A stretch of DNA of 64,000 nt from Nostoc sp. Its GTDB lineage: Bacteria; Cyanobacteriota; Cyanobacteriia; Cyanobacteriales; Nostocaceae. Below are positions 19,622 through 31,675 of this stretch, one piece after another. The notes under the pieces were generated by a model. The model made no database searches. It saw only the letters and a list, made by a program, of their open reading frames with translations, and was not told where the DNA came from. Position numbers and translations under genes: made by a program. Numbering within the stretch: position 1 is the stretch's first letter; every line of letters begins with the position of its first letter. The stretch spans positions 32,001 through 96,000 of the forward strand of contig JBALDB010000011.1 of assembly GCA_036918135.1 (NCBI GenBank). Direction: 5' to 3'.

Positions 19622-22600
19622 TTAGTCAACTAACTCGTTGTTTGTAGTGGAAACTGTCTGCTCATATTCGGCTACTACCTGTTGTGAAAGGATGATATCT
19701 GTCCAATGTTCTAGGATGCTTGCCAATTTTTCTTTCAACACTGGTTTACTTAGATAATCATCCATTCCCGCATTGAGACACTTTTGTTTGTCTTCTTTCA
19801 TCGCATTAGCTGTCATCGCAATTACCACAGGCCGACGATGACTGGCAAAAGCATTCTCTTGCCAATGATGAATTTCTTTCGTAGTTTCTAAACCATCCAG
19901 AATTGGCATGTGGCAATCCATTAAAATTAAATCGTAAGGAATTTTTTCTAATATCTGTAAAACTTCCTTACCATTGGCAACGACATCAGCTTTATACCCT
20001 AAAGTTTCGAGTTGTTTTAGGGTTACTTTCTGATTTACCAAATTATCTTCGGCTAGCAAAATTTTCAACTTAGATTGATTAGAGGAGTTAGGAGCTAACG
20101 ACTGAAAATTAAATGAAGTGGGAATACTTGAATTTCTACTTTGCAATTCAATAGTCGGTTGTTCTAATTGAGGGGTAATTTCTAAAATATTGAGCATCAA
20201 ATCCAGAAGCCGAGAGGCCTTAATGGGTTTGACTAAATAAGCAGTAAATCCAATTTTTAGAGCTTCCTGTACTTGATTTCGTTGATTAGTTGAGGCGAGG
20301 ATAATTAAAGGTATCTCAGCAAATGCAGAATTGGCTTTAATTTGTTCTCCTAATTTGATGCCATCTGTTTCGGGCATTAGCATATCAATTAAGGCGATAT
20401 CATAAAGATTTCCTTGCTCATAAGCTTTCTCAATCGCTTTGAGTGCAGCTGCTGCACTGTTAGCTCGATCTATCTGCATTCCCCAAGCGGTAGCTTGATG
20501 GTGGATGGTTTTGCAACTAATAGAGTTGTCATCTACTACTAAGGCGCGGCGATTGATTAAAAATGGGCGATTGCCTGACCTGAAAACAGGCTCCACTTGC
20601 TTGGCGAAAGGCACTTCAAACCAAAATTTAGATCCCCTGTCGATTTGACTTTCCACCCCAATTACTCCTCCCATCAAAGTCACTAGTTGTTTACAGATGG
20701 CTAATCCCAAGCCTGTACCACCATACTTACGAGTGGTAGAACCATCGACTTGGGTAAATGGCATAAAGAGTCTAAGTTGGTCTTCAGGACTAATACCAAG
20801 ACCCGTGTCTGTAATCGAAAAGTAAACGGTGACTGTAGTGGAGGAAAGGGAACGTAATTGTGCTTCCACTACTACTTCGCCAGCACTAGTAAACTTGATA
20901 GCATTACTAATTAGGTTCATGAGAATTTGCCGCAGTCTTCCAGCATCTCCTTGGAGGTGAATGGGGAGATTACGCTCAATCAGGGCAGCAATTTCTAATC
21001 CCTTATTATGGGCTGAGGGAGCTAATAATTCCAGAACTTCTTCAACACAGGTAGATAAGTTAAAATCTAGAGTTTCCAAAGCCATCTCTCCTGCTTCCAG
21101 CTTCGAGAGATCCAAAATTTCGTTGATTAAAGTCAATAAAGCTTCTCCACTAATGCGAATTGTTTCAATAAAATCTCGTTGTTCTGGGTCTAAGGGAGTA
21201 TCTAAGGCTAAACTAGTCATTCCCAATACGGCATTCATGGGAGTACGAATTTCATGACTCATATTCGCCAAAAAGGCACTTTTGGTCTGAGAAGCTAATT
21301 CAGCTTGGTAACGAGCAATTTCAAGTTCTTGTCGTTGACGAGTTTCTGCTGCTAATAGTTGGGCTTGGGTTAAGGCAATACCTACTTGGTCGGCTATTTC
21401 CCGCAAAAGATGAGTTTCAAAGCTAGACCATTGGTGGGAATGGGCGCACTGATGGACTATGAGCAAACCGCGAAGTTCTTCTTTGACCAGAATTGGCACA
21501 ACTAAATTGACTTTCACCCCAAACTGTTGCATTAATTGCAGCTGACTTTGTTGGACTTCCAGCAAATCCAAATTAGCCAATCCCATAATTCGTCCTTGAC
21601 GGTACTGCTGTAGATAGTATTGTTGTAGGTATTCGGCTTGAAAGTAGGGGGTAATAATGTTTTGCTCCTTAATTGCTGGTAAGCCAGAAACTACTGCTTC
21701 AATAACAGCAGTTGTAGACTCATCTGGTAAGAGCTGATAGATTAATACTCGGTCAGTTTGGAGAATTTTTTGCACCTCCTTGACAGTGATTTCCAGAATT
21801 TCTTCGATTTGCAAAGACTGGCGAATTTTCAAGGTGATTTCCGTAAAAAGTTGCGATCGCAAGTTTTGGCGTTGTAATTCCTCTTCAGCCTGTTTACGTT
21901 GGATAAATTGCCCGACTTGCTCGCCAATAAAATTCATCGTTTTTGCCAATTCTGCGTCAGGTTGTTGGATTTGACGATTAAAGCAGGTAATGACGCCAAG
22001 AATATTGTTACCAGTGCGGAGGGGAAAACCGAAAGCTGCATGTAGTCCTACTTGAGGGGCGATTTTCAAGCTCGGAAAATTCAAATCTTTAACGATATCA
22101 GCAATCCAGACAGGTTCAGAACTAGCCCAAACACGGCCAGGTAGTCCAATTCCTAAAGCAAAAGTCGTTTGCCGCTTCAATGCTGCAAACTCTTGCACCT
22201 CAAGGGATGGTTTGTGCCAGATATCGAAAAAACGCAGCACATTTGCTTCCCGGTCTACCATCCAAATTTCGCCCAAATCCCATGCCAAACTTTCACAGAT
22301 TCCTTGGAGAATTTGAGGCATCGCTTCCTTGATTGTGGTAGAATCTGCTAAAACGCGGGTTGCAGCGTATTGTGCAGTTAAATGTCGTTCGGCTCGTTTG
22401 CGCTCAGTGATATCAATACCTGTGCTAACAATGTACTCTACTGAACCGTCGTAGTCTTTTAAGATGGTATTCGACCAGGCAATTAGTCGCCGACTACCAT
22501 CCTTGATTACCCAATAGTTTTCGTATTCATGAAAGCTCTTACCAGCTCGCAATTGCTCAAAAACTGCTTTGACTGACTCTACTTCTTCAGAAAGTAACAA

Positions 22601-23947
22601 CAAATTCCAGAAATACCTACCTCTTACCTCATCGAAGGAGTAACCTGTTGTTTGCTCACAAGCTTGATTAAAACGAACGATTTGCCCTTGGGAGTTGGTA
22701 ACTAGTACTAAGGCGCTGGCTGTATCCAGGACTGTTGAAATAAAGTTGCGTTCTTGGTTTAAAGTTTCTTCTGTTCTTTTGCGCTCACCAACCTCATGAT
22801 AAATCGAGTAGTAGATTACACCAAGAATTAAAAAACTTAGAAAAATGGCGATCGCAATTGTTATAGTTGTTTTTCGCGTCCAAGCTTTTGTTGCTTGTGA
22901 TAGTTGCTGACGCTGCTCTGTTTCCTGATTCTCTATCTGATTGCTCACCTTGCGGATATCATCCATCAGATTTTGACTATCATTTGTCGCTAGTACCTGC
23001 GAGGTCGCCTCTAATCCCTTGTTTTGGCGCAAGTCGATAGTCTGTTTTAGTTGAGTAAACTTAGCCGAGATCAGAACTTCAAGCGTTGCAAGCTGTTTTT
23101 GTTCGTTTGGTTGACCTGCGGCTAAATTCTTTAGTGTTGTAATTTCTCGGTCGACGTTATTAAGTGCTACTTGATACGCTTTTAAATAAATTTCTTTTCC
23201 AGTGAGGATGTAACCACGTTGGACACTTTCGGCATCCTTTGTCTGTGACAGTAGTTTTTCTAAACTGTTGATTTTTTTATTAATGTTTTTTATTATACTC
23301 TGATTATAATTAGATACTCTTGTATTTTGATAAGAAACTGCGCCAATCACAACTAAAAGTATCGACGCCAAGCCAAAACCTGCCACAATCTTTTTGAAAA
23401 ATTTCTGGCGTAGTTTCTTTGATTGTTTGCTTTTATTAGTCACAAGCACTAAACTTGCTAAGTTGCGATGCAATTCCAGTTGCTTGATAACTTGACGGGC
23501 TAAAGTTCGTAATGCTTCTATCTGATCTGAAGTCAGCGTTCGTGGTACATAGTCAATTACGCAAAGTGTTCCCAATGAATATCCCTCAGCATTAGTTAGA
23601 GGTACACCAGCATAAAACCGGATTTTTGGATCGGAAGTCACTAATGGATTTGCGGCAAACCGTTCGTCCTTCGTGGCATCAGGTACAACAAGAACATCAG
23701 GTTGTAAAATAGCATGGGCACAGAGCGCCTGGTCTCGATGTGTTTCTGGGATATTCAAACCAACTTTTGACTTAAACCACTGGCGATTTGTATCAACTAA
23801 GCTAATTAAGGCAATAGGAGTTTGGCAAATATACGAGGCTAAACGAGTGAGGTCGTCAAAGGCGGCTTCAGGTGGCGTATCGAGGATTTTATACTCCAAA
23901 AGTGTTTCGATTCTCTGTGCTTCGCGATCGGGTAATGGTGCTTTCAT
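19622..23947 (-). CDS. Hybrid sensor histidine kinase (GAF-TM-CHASE3-TM-PAS-GAF-GAF-HisKA-HATPase-REC-REC)
   Basis: [31 protein letters not shown]; two receivers (VVDDN; LAEDN...LMDCHMP); CHASE3-like [12 protein letters not shown]. Confidence 0.92.
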   Translation of the reverse strand: MKAPLPDREAQRIETLLEYKILDTPPEAAFDDLTRLASYICQTPIALISLVDTNRQWFKSKVGLNIPETHRDQALCAHAILQPDVLVVPDATKDERFAANPLVTSDPKIRFYAGVPLTNAEGYSLGTLCVIDYVPRTLTSDQIEALRTLARQVIKQLELHRNLASLVLVTNKSKQSKKLRQKFFKKIVAGFGLASILLVVIGAVSYQNTRVSNYNQSIIKNINKKINSLEKLLSQTKDAESVQRGYILTGKEIYLKAYQVALNNVDREITTLKNLAAGQPNEQKQLATLEVLISAKFTQLKQTIDLRQNKGLEATSQVLATNDSQNLMDDIRKVSNQIENQETEQRQQLSQATKAWTRKTTITIAIAIFLSFLILGVIYYSIYHEVGERKRTEETLNQERNFISTVLDTASALVLVTNSQGQIVRFNQACEQTTGYSFDEVRGRYFWNLLLLSEEVESVKAVFEQLRAGKSFHEYENYWVIKDGSRRLIAWSNTILKDYDGSVEYIVSTGIDITERKRAERHLTAQYAATRVLADSTTIKEAMPQILQGICESLAWDLGEIWMVDREANVLRFFDIWHKPSLEVQEFAALKRQTTFALGIGLPGRVWASSEPVWIADIVKDLNFPSLKIAPQVGLHAAFGFPLRTGNNILGVITCFNRQIQQPDAELAKTMNFIGEQVGQFIQRKQAEEELQRQNLRSQLFTEITLKIRQSLQIEEILEITVKEVQKILQTDRVLIYQLLPDESTTAVIEAVVSGLPAIKEQNIITPYFQAEYLQQYYLQQYRQGRIMGLANLDLLEVQQSQLQLMQQFGVKVNLVVPILVKEELRGLLIVHQCAHSHQWSSFETHLLREIADQVGIALTQAQLLAAETRQRQELEIARYQAELASQTKSAFLANMSHEIRTPMNAVLGMTSLALDTPLDPEQRDFIETIRISGEALLTLINEILDLSKLEAGEMALETLDFNLSTCVEEVLELLAPSAHNKGLEIAALIERNLPIHLQGDAGRLRQILMNLISNAIKFTSAGEVVVEAQLRSLSSTTVTVYFSITDTGLGISPEDQLRLFMPFTQVDGSTTRKYGGTGLGLAICKQLVTLMGGVIGVESQIDRGSKFWFEVPFAKQVEPVFRSGNRPFLINRRALVVDDNSISCKTIHHQATAWGMQIDRANSAAAALKAIEKAYEQGNLYDIALIDMLMPETDGIKLGEQIKANSAFAEIPLIILASTNQRNQVQEALKIGFTAYLVKPIKASRLLDLMLNILEITPQLEQPTIELQSRNSSIPTSFNFQSLAPNSSNQSKLKILLAEDNLVNQKVTLKQLETLGYKADVVANGKEVLQILEKIPYDLILMDCHMPILDGLETTKEIHHWQENAFASHRRPVVIAMTANAMKEDKQKCLNAGMDDYLSKPVLKEKLASILEHWTDIILSQQVVAEYEQTVSTTNNELVD

Positions 23948-24160
23948 CCTTAAGCCTTATCTACAGGGGACTGGGAACTTGAGAATAGGGACTGGGGACT
24001 AGGAAATAAATATTTAGGAATACTTTGTCAGTACCCAATACCTAGTACTCAGTACCCAATACTCAATTCACTCAACAAACTACTTTAATTAATGACAATA
24101 GTTGAGTTAAAAGCGTTAGCGTAATTTCACTGAGTTCAACCTTAGTCACAAATTGGTCAA

Positions 24161-24484
24161 ATGATTAAGTCGTTGTTGTATTTTTTGTGGGCTGGTTTAT
24201 TTGAAATCACGGGTGGTTACTTAATCTGGTTATGGTTGCGTGAAGCTAAGCCATTCTGGTGGGGAATATTGGGTGGAATTGCTTTAGCTGTCTATGGGGT
24301 TATTGCAACTCTTCAACCAGCAAATTTTGGCAGAGTGTATGCAGCTTATGGTGGTGTTTTTATTGCAATGGCAATGCTTTGGGGTTGGAAGGTAGACGGT
24401 GTAATTCCAGACCGCTACGACCTAATTGGATCTGGTTTAGCTTTAGTAAGTGTATTAATTATCATGTTTGCACCCAGAGCTTAA
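24161..24484 (+). CDS. YnfA/UPF0060 family small membrane protein
   Basis: EITGGYL, FGRVYAAYGGVFI, PDRYD. Confidence 0.9.
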   Translation: MIKSLLYFLWAGLFEITGGYLIWLWLREAKPFWWGILGGIALAVYGVIATLQPANFGRVYAAYGGVFIAMAMLWGWKVDGVIPDRYDLIGSGLALVSVLIIMFAPRA

Positions 24485-24582
24485 GTAAGATTACTAAATT
24501 ATTGCTGACACAAAACGACAAGGGGAAGAGGGATTAACCCCTTATCCCCTTGTCCTGTTGGATGACCAAGCCCCAAAGGGGC

Positions 24583-24782
24583 GGGTGTAGGGTGTATGTA
24601 GGGTGTAGGGGGAAGAGGACTCTAGCCCCAAAGAAAAAGGATATAAGCCCCTTCTTTCAAGAATGGAAAAAGAAAAAATGTATTTCGAGACATGTAGTGC
24701 GTAGAAATACGACGTCCTTGTTTGAAACCCCTACTTTCAAGTATGGGGTTCCCTACACCCCACACCCTACCCCTTACACCCT
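24583..24782. repeat. Repeat-rich inverted composite (GGGTGTA / TACACCC arms)
   Basis: Tandem GGGTGTA units at the left and complementary TACACCC units at the right. Confidence 0.65.
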
Positions 24783-24995
24783 TTCATCGATAAACTTTAT
24801 GATGATTGATTTTCAAAATACGATAACCGCAGACAAAATTCCCAAGTTTTCTTAGCAACTACGGACTGACATGTAACTATACGGTTTACAAATTCTTGAA
24901 ATACTGATTAAACTCTCACAAACTCAAATAGATAATTATACTTTTGTTAACATTTCAAAAAAAAGAAAGTAGAGTAGCTTTGAAGACAAAATAGA

Positions 24996-25009
24996 GTATC
25001 AAACAGTAC
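24996..25009 (+). promoter_or_regulatory. Putative NtcA-binding site upstream of amt
   Basis: GTATCAAACAGTAC fits GTA-N8-TAC about 50 bp before the amt start, an expected NtcA target; no clean -10 box at the canonical spacing. Confidence 0.5.
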
Positions 25010-25060
25010 TGAAATATATTAAAGTAATACAAATTTGTTGGTGCTTAGGAACAAAAAGAA

Positions 25061-26479
25061 GTGTTGAAGAAAGTTGTCATGATTGGGGCTATCACCCTAC
25101 TAATTTCGGGAGGGCCGCTGATGGGCAATGCTTTTGCCCAAACACCAGCAGCTGCTCCCCCTGCTGCTGATAGTGGAGACACAGCATTCATGCTGATTTC
25201 TGCAGCACTCGTGCTGCTAATGACACCAGGGTTAGCATTCTTCTATGGTGGATTCGTACGATCGCGCAATATCCTAAATACATTGATGATGAGCTTTGTA
25301 CTAATGGCGATCGTCGGAGTTACCTGGGTTCTCTGGGGTTATAGTCTTGCATTTGCGCCGGGTTTACCATTTATCGGTGGATTGCAGTGGTTTGGGTTGA
25401 ATGGTGTCGGGCTAGAGACAACCGATTATCTCAAAGGCTCAAACCCGGCGGAAGTTGTTTCTTATGCAACAACGATTCCCCACCAAGCATACATGATTTA
25501 CCAAGCCATGTTTGCCATTATCACCCCAGCCTTAATTTCTGGAGCGATCGTTGAGCGGATAAGTTTTCGCGCCTATTCGCTGTTTGTACTGCTGTGGTCA
25601 ACCTTTGTTTACGCTCCCCTAGCCCACATGGTATGGGCCAAAGGTGGATTTTTAGGTTTGGCTGGTGGTTTGGGTGCCCTCGACTTTGCAGGCGGTACCG
25701 TAGTTCACATTAGTTCTGGTGTTTCTGCTTTAGTAGCAGCGCTCGTCCTTAGGCCTCGGAAAACCCATCCCGATCGCCTGAGTCCGCCCCATAACGTTCC
25801 TTTCATTTTACTGGGTGCTGGCTTGCTGTGGTTTGGCTGGTTCGGCTTCAACGCTGGCAGTGCCCTATCCGTTGCTAGTGGAACTTCTGGTAATTTGTCA
25901 ACAAATGTGGCAACAACAGCCTTTGTCGCTACTAATACGGCGACGGCAGGGGCAGCTTTAATGTGGCTAATTTTGGAAACAGTTTTACGCGGTAAACCAA
26001 CTGCTGTGGGAGCAGCTACAGGAGCCGTTGCTGGTTTGGTGGGTGTAACTCCCGCCGCCGGATTTGTTACCCCATTATCAGCGCTTTTAATTGGTTTTAT
26101 CACCGCCTTTGTCTGCTTCTATGCAATTAGTTTTAAGCACAAGCTACTCATTGATGATGCTTTAGACACGTATCCGGTGCATGGCGTTGGTGGGACTGTG
26201 GGGGCGATTTTAACAGCAATATTTGCCACTACTCAAGTCAACTCAGCAGGGAAAGAGGGAGTGCTACGTGGTAATTTGGGTGAATTAGGAGTTCAACTAG
26301 TAGCAATTATCGTTGCTTATCTAATAGCAGCAGTTGGTACCTGGATTATTCTGAAAATTATCGATGCTACAGTCGGGTTACGAGTCAACGAGGAACAAGA
26401 ATTGCAAGGTTTGGATATCAACGAACACGGCGAAGAAGGTTACAATTCTGAGTTTGGCGGCGATCGTCCTATTCAGTAA
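25061..26479 (+). CDS. amt: Ammonium transporter (Amt family)
   Basis: LMTPGLAFFYGG, DFAGGTVVHISSG, GWFGFNAGS, DDALD..PVHG. Confidence 0.96.
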   Translation: MLKKVVMIGAITLLISGGPLMGNAFAQTPAAAPPAADSGDTAFMLISAALVLLMTPGLAFFYGGFVRSRNILNTLMMSFVLMAIVGVTWVLWGYSLAFAPGLPFIGGLQWFGLNGVGLETTDYLKGSNPAEVVSYATTIPHQAYMIYQAMFAIITPALISGAIVERISFRAYSLFVLLWSTFVYAPLAHMVWAKGGFLGLAGGLGALDFAGGTVVHISSGVSALVAALVLRPRKTHPDRLSPPHNVPFILLGAGLLWFGWFGFNAGSALSVASGTSGNLSTNVATTAFVATNTATAGAALMWLILETVLRGKPTAVGAATGAVAGLVGVTPAAGFVTPLSALLIGFITAFVCFYAISFKHKLLIDDALDTYPVHGVGGTVGAILTAIFATTQVNSAGKEGVLRGNLGELGVQLVAIIVAYLIAAVGTWIILKIIDATVGLRVNEEQELQGLDINEHGEEGYNSEFGGDRPIQ

Positions 26480-26687
26480 TGAATGGTGAGTTAGGAGCCT
26501 CGCGGAGACGTTAGGAGTAGAGACGCGATTAACCCTTGTCTGTACAAAAGTTAGAAATTATCCTCTCTGCTCCCCTGGTTACTAAGCGAAGTCGAAGTAT
26601 GCTCCTCATTCCCTATTTTCATTAAGTGTGGTTTTTGAGTGCTAGCGTTAAAATCTGATTCAAAATAATTGGTAAATTTCGCTAGTC

Positions 26688-27557
26688 GTGTCTACTTCTT
26701 TTAAAACCTTTCCTACCTGGGCATTTATCTCGCTGTTAACCAACGGCATACTATTGTTGGCGGTCATTCTGCTAATTTGGCAACAGCAGAGATTGACCGC
26801 TTTTTTTGGGGGGGTTATAACGTCCCCACAGCAAATCAACCTCAACAACTCGCGTCCAGCTGTTACACCTGATTTAGGTCGCCGTCACCAACTAACTTAC
26901 CAACAGTGGGTAGACATTCTTAAACAAGAGGCTAAGGTAGCCGCAGATCGGCGTCCTTTGCACTTAACTATACTGGCGGGAGATTCTCTAAGTTTGTGGT
27001 TTCCGACTGAGTTATTACCTGAAGGGAAAAATTGGCTCAATCAAGGAATTTCTGGCGAAACCACCAAGGGACTTTTAAAAAGATTGAATATATTTGAGCG
27101 CACCCAGCCGGAGGTGATTTTTGTGATGATTGGGATTAATGACCTAATTCGCGGGACGAACGACAAGGTTATTTTAAATAATTACCAAGAAATTATCAGT
27201 TACCTGCAAAAGACACATCCCACCACCGAAATAGTTGTCCAGTCAATTTTGCCGCATAGTGCCCAGGAAGTAACTTGGCAAGGACGAGATAAACTTTTGG
27301 CTATTAATAATAGTCGTATCCACCGATTGAATCAGCAACTACAAGCCATATCTGCCAAAAAAGGTGTGAAATTTCTCGATTTGTACCCCTTGTTTACCAA
27401 CACCCAAGGTAATCTTCGCCAGGAATTTACTACCGATGGCTTACACTTAAATCGTGAAGGCTATATAGTTTGGCGTTCGGCATTGCAGATTTATAGCGAT
27501 ATGGAATTAAAACCCCAACATCAACGTGCTTCGGGCAGCGAAAAACACAAGAAGTAA
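26688..27557 (+). CDS. SGNH/GDSL hydrolase family protein
   Basis: GDSL, NQGISG, GIND, DGLH blocks. Confidence 0.9.
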   Translation: MSTSFKTFPTWAFISLLTNGILLLAVILLIWQQQRLTAFFGGVITSPQQINLNNSRPAVTPDLGRRHQLTYQQWVDILKQEAKVAADRRPLHLTILAGDSLSLWFPTELLPEGKNWLNQGISGETTKGLLKRLNIFERTQPEVIFVMIGINDLIRGTNDKVILNNYQEIISYLQKTHPTTEIVVQSILPHSAQEVTWQGRDKLLAINNSRIHRLNQQLQAISAKKGVKFLDLYPLFTNTQGNLRQEFTTDGLHLNREGYIVWRSALQIYSDMELKPQHQRASGSEKHKK

Positions 27558-27635
27558 TATGTTTGAATAGAAGTCTGTATAAATCGTGTCTTGGCACGAG
27601 AGAATAAAAAATAGTGGTTTAAGTAGACAAGTCTA

Positions 27636-28844
27636 ATGGATACAAAAGCTTTTAAGCGCACGCTCCAACATTCGGAAAATTACAATCGCAAGGGGTTTGG
27701 TCATCAAGCAGAAGTTACTACCCAGTTGCAGTCTGAGTATCAAAGTAACTTGATTCAGGAAATTCGCGATCGCAATTACACTCTGCAACGGGGTGATGTC
27801 ACCATCCGACTAGCGCAAGCCTTTGGCTTTTGTTGGGGTGTAGAACGTGCTGTAGCTATGGCCTATGAAACCCGTCAGCACTTCCCTACAGAACGTATCT
27901 GGATTACTAACGAGATTATTCACAACCCTTCTGTCAATCAGCGGATGCAGGAGATGGAGGTAAAATTTATCCCCGTTGAAGCAAATCAAAAAGACTTTTC
28001 TGTTGTTGATATTGGTGATGTTGTCATATTACCTGCTTTTGGGGCTAGCGTTCAAGAGATGCAGATACTCCACGAAAAAAGCTGCAAAATTGTTGATACA
28101 ACTTGCCCTTGGGTATCTAAAGTTTGGAATACAGTAGAAAAGCACAAAAAAGTTGATTATACTTCAATTATTCACGGTAAATATAAACACGAAGAAACGG
28201 TTGCAACGAGTTCCTTTGCTGGTAAGTATTTAATTATCTTGAATTTATCAGAAGCAGAATATGTTGCTAATTATATTATCAACGGTGGGAATCGTGAAGA
28301 ATTTTTGCAAAAATTTGCCAAAGCATGTTCGCCAGGATTTGACCCCGATCGCGATTTAGGAAAAGTTGGTATTGCTAATCAAACTACCATGCTTAAAGGT
28401 GAAACCGAGCGAATCGGTAAGCTTTTTGAGCGTACTATGTTGCAGAAGTATGGCCCTACCGAATTAACTCAGCATTTCCAAAGCTTCAATACTATTTGTG
28501 ATGCCACCCAAGAACGGCAAGATGCAATGTTGGAATTAGTGGAAGATAATTTAGATTTAATAGTAGTAATTGGCGGTTTTAATTCTTCAAATACTACTCA
28601 ATTGCAACAAATTGCTTTTGAGAGGGGAATTCCTTCTTATCACATTGATAGCGTTCAACGCTTGAAATCAGCAAATTCAATTGAACATCGGTTATTAAAT
28701 GGACAATTAACCATTACAGAAAACTGGTTACCAAATGGAGAAATTATTGTGGGAATTACTTCTGGTGCTTCCACCCCAGATAAGGTAGTAGAAGATGTGA
28801 TTGAAAAGATTTTTGCATTGAAAGCAACAGCAAGTCTGGTGTAA
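27636..28844 (+). CDS. ispH: 4-hydroxy-3-methylbut-2-enyl diphosphate reductase
   Basis: [37 protein letters not shown]. Confidence 0.97.
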   Translation: MDTKAFKRTLQHSENYNRKGFGHQAEVTTQLQSEYQSNLIQEIRDRNYTLQRGDVTIRLAQAFGFCWGVERAVAMAYETRQHFPTERIWITNEIIHNPSVNQRMQEMEVKFIPVEANQKDFSVVDIGDVVILPAFGASVQEMQILHEKSCKIVDTTCPWVSKVWNTVEKHKKVDYTSIIHGKYKHEETVATSSFAGKYLIILNLSEAEYVANYIINGGNREEFLQKFAKACSPGFDPDRDLGKVGIANQTTMLKGETERIGKLFERTMLQKYGPTELTQHFQSFNTICDATQERQDAMLELVEDNLDLIVVIGGFNSSNTTQLQQIAFERGIPSYHIDSVQRLKSANSIEHRLLNGQLTITENWLPNGEIIVGITSGASTPDKVVEDVIEKIFALKATASLV

Positions 28845-28933
28845 AAAGGACTGGTAATTGGGGATTGGTTGAGAAAAACTCTTCCCTAGTCGCCAGTTTC
28901 TCATCTGTACAAATTTCTGAGAAACTCAAAAAA

Positions 28934-29725
28934 ATGACTATTTATGAGCAAATTGGCAAAAGCTATGATTTGACTCGTTGTGCTGACCCTGAAATTGCTA
29001 AACGATTAGCTATTAAACTTCAGATAAAATCAGATTCCTCATATTTAGATGTGGCATGTGGCACAGGAAATTATACACTAGCTTTAGCAAAACAGGCTGG
29101 TATTTGGCATGGACTAGACCAATCAAAAAAGATGATTAATGCTGCTATTAATAAGAGTAATGCTATAGCTTGGCAAGTTGGAGAAGCAGAGGCATTACCT
29201 TATCATAATTGCAGTTTTTCTGGTGTCTTATGCACGCTAGCAATACATCATTTTGCTGCATTAACTTCAGCATTTCAAGAAATTTATCGTGTTTTAAGGG
29301 CTGGTTGTTTCGTATTATTTACTGCTACACCAGAGCAAATGAGTAAATATTGGTTAGTTGAATATTTTCCAGAAGCTATATATAAATCTGCTGAACAGAT
29401 GCCAAGTTTTGAAAGGATCAAAGAATCTCTGAAAGAAGCAGGTTTTAAATCAGTAGATATCGAACTTTATTATATTTCAGAAAGTTTGCAAGACCTATTT
29501 TTATATAGTGGAAAACATCGTCCAGAAATATATTTAGATGAAAATGTGCGTTCTGGAATTTCTACCTTTGCTTTGCTAGCTTCGGCGAAAGAAATTGCAG
29601 CCGGATGTGAAAAGCTAGCAGCAGATATTCATACAGGACGTATCACAGAGATTGTCAAAAAATATGAAAGCGACCAAGGAGATTACTTATTTGTAATTGC
29701 TGAGAAAGTATTAATCATGAATTAG
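28934..29725 (+). CDS. Class I SAM-dependent methyltransferase
   Basis: LDVACGTGNY, AEALP, LAIHHF; likely start MTIYEQ. Confidence 0.87.
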   Translation: MTIYEQIGKSYDLTRCADPEIAKRLAIKLQIKSDSSYLDVACGTGNYTLALAKQAGIWHGLDQSKKMINAAINKSNAIAWQVGEAEALPYHNCSFSGVLCTLAIHHFAALTSAFQEIYRVLRAGCFVLFTATPEQMSKYWLVEYFPEAIYKSAEQMPSFERIKESLKEAGFKSVDIELYYISESLQDLFLYSGKHRPEIYLDENVRSGISTFALLASAKEIAAGCEKLAADIHTGRITEIVKKYESDQGDYLFVIAEKVLIMN

Positions 29726-29726
29726 C

Positions 29727-30941
29727 ATGACAAAAAAATGGCTTTCTATCGTCGGTATTGGGGAAGATGGGTTACAGGGGTTAAGCGCGATCGCTCTTTC
29801 TTTAATTGCTCAAGCTAAAGTAATTGTGGGAGGCGATCGCCATTTAGCAATGCTGCCTTTAGATGACCAACGTGAGAAAATAGTCTGGACATCTCCTATC
29901 GGTAATTCTGTAGAGCAAATCATCAAGCGTCGCGGTGAGTCAATTTGCGTACTTGCCAGCGGCGATCCTATGTGTTACGGCATTGGTGTCACCTTAGGGC
30001 GGCGAATTCCCATTTCCGAAATGACGATTATTCCCGCACCTTCAGCCTTCAGCCTCGCCTGTGCCAGGGTGGGATGGTCTTTAACTGAGGTAGAAACCTT
30101 GAGTTTGAATGGTCGTCCATCCTCCCTGCTCCAATCTTACATTTATCCAGGAGCTAAGCTGTTAATTTTAAGCGAAGGGAAGGACACACCCGCCATTGTT
30201 AGCGAAATTTTGACAAATCGCGGCTATGGTGGCAGCAAAATCACCGTCTTGGAGCGTATGGGCGGCATTCATGAAAGAATTATCGAAGGTACGGCTGCAT
30301 CGTGGAGTCAAATTGAAGTTGCAGCTTTGAATGCGATCGCAGTTAATTGTATTGCCGATGCTGGGGTTATCCCTTTGCCAAGATTACCAGGATTACCAGA
30401 TAACGCCTACCACCACGATGGACAGTTAACCAAGTGTGAAGTTAGAGCAATCACTCTTGCAGCTTTGGCACTGACACCTGGACAACTGTTATGGGATGTG
30501 GGCGCGGGTTGCGGTTCAATTTCTATTGAATGGATGCGGAGCCATCCTCGGTGTCGGGCAATGGCGATCGAGCAAAATTCCTCTAGACTACTATATATTG
30601 CTGATAATGCCGCTACTCTCGGTACTCCAAATCTGCAAATCATTGCAGGTAAAGCGCCCGATGCCCTAAAAGATTTGCCGACACCGGATGCCATTTTTAT
30701 TGGTGGTGGGGTAACAGCAACCGGACTTTTTGATGTTTGCTGGGAAGCACTGCGGCCGGGGGGACGTTTGGTGGCAAATGTGGTGACGGTGGAAGGCGAG
30801 CAAACTTTATTTCAATGGCACGAACGAGTCGGTGGCGATTTAACTCGTATTGCCATTCAGCGAGCGGAACCTATTGGTAAATTTTTGGGCTGGCGAGGAA
30901 TGACACCTGTGACGCAATGGATAGCTGTAAAGTCTAATTAG
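29727..30941 (+). CDS. cbiET: Bifunctional CbiE/CbiT (CobL) cobalamin biosynthesis methyltransferase/decarboxylase
   Basis: VGIGEDG, LASGDP, TKCEVR, WDVGAGCGSI, AIFIGGG. Confidence 0.93.
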   Translation: MTKKWLSIVGIGEDGLQGLSAIALSLIAQAKVIVGGDRHLAMLPLDDQREKIVWTSPIGNSVEQIIKRRGESICVLASGDPMCYGIGVTLGRRIPISEMTIIPAPSAFSLACARVGWSLTEVETLSLNGRPSSLLQSYIYPGAKLLILSEGKDTPAIVSEILTNRGYGGSKITVLERMGGIHERIIEGTAASWSQIEVAALNAIAVNCIADAGVIPLPRLPGLPDNAYHHDGQLTKCEVRAITLAALALTPGQLLWDVGAGCGSISIEWMRSHPRCRAMAIEQNSSRLLYIADNAATLGTPNLQIIAGKAPDALKDLPTPDAIFIGGGVTATGLFDVCWEALRPGGRLVANVVTVEGEQTLFQWHERVGGDLTRIAIQRAEPIGKFLGWRGMTPVTQWIAVKSN

Positions 30942-31070
30942 GATTAATGATACAAAAGTGTATGGGGCATTTTGGGAAGTGTAAATGCAGTCATGTGAAA
31001 GGCTCCCAATAGCTTGTGTTACAATTTAATTGCTTGTAAAGCAAAAATATTGAACAATAGAGAGAAAAAC

Positions 31071-31562
31071 ATTATCGCAATCCAAAAGCAACAAATTAAC
31101 TCGCAAATCAAGTCCCCTCAAGTGTTCCTAATCGACCATGAGAATAACAATCGCGGTCTGACCGACACACGTGAGGCTCTACAGCTAGCCCAGAGCGTAG
31201 AACTTGACTTAGTTGTAGTCTCCGAAGGCAAAGAAGCTCCCGTAGCGAAGATCCTCAACTATGGCAAGTTTCAGTATCAAAAGAAAAAGCGTCAGACACA
31301 GAGTGCTAGACCAACAGTAAAAGAAGTCCGGCTGCGTCCTAACGTGGGAGCGGCTGATTACAATTTACGCATCCAGCAAGCGGTTGGTTGGTTAAGTAAA
31401 GGCGACTCAGTGAAGTTTGTTATTCGTTTACGAGGTCGCGAAAATCAATATCGCGAACAAGCTGGAGAAATGCTAGAGCGGATTGTAAATGCTCTGAGCG
31501 AAGTAGGTAAAGTCCATACCCTTGATAAACGCTCATTGGTTGCTCAACTAGTTCCAGCCTAA
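31071..31562 (+). CDS. infC: Translation initiation factor IF-3 family protein, probable non-AUG start
   Basis: INSQIKSPQVFLID, DLVVV...PVAKILNYGK, KEVRLRP, RLRGRE; in-frame ATT at 31071 after purine-rich AGAGAG. Confidence 0.85.
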   Translation: MIAIQKQQINSQIKSPQVFLIDHENNNRGLTDTREALQLAQSVELDLVVVSEGKEAPVAKILNYGKFQYQKKKRQTQSARPTVKEVRLRPNVGAADYNLRIQQAVGWLSKGDSVKFVIRLRGRENQYREQAGEMLERIVNALSEVGKVHTLDKRSLVAQLVPA

Positions 31563-31590
31563 ATTATATTTTCCAAAGATATCTTAAATT

Positions 31591-31635
31591 CTGTGGTGCG
31601 CTTCGGCTTTTGGCTTGAGCGCACCACAGCTTTTT
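31591..31635 (+). terminator. Rho-independent terminator after infC
   Basis: CTGTGGTGCGCT...AGCGCACCACAG stem followed by a T tract. Confidence 0.75.
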
Positions 31636-31675
31636 GGGGAGAAGCGATCCTTTATGAGACTCCTACCGCCTGAAG

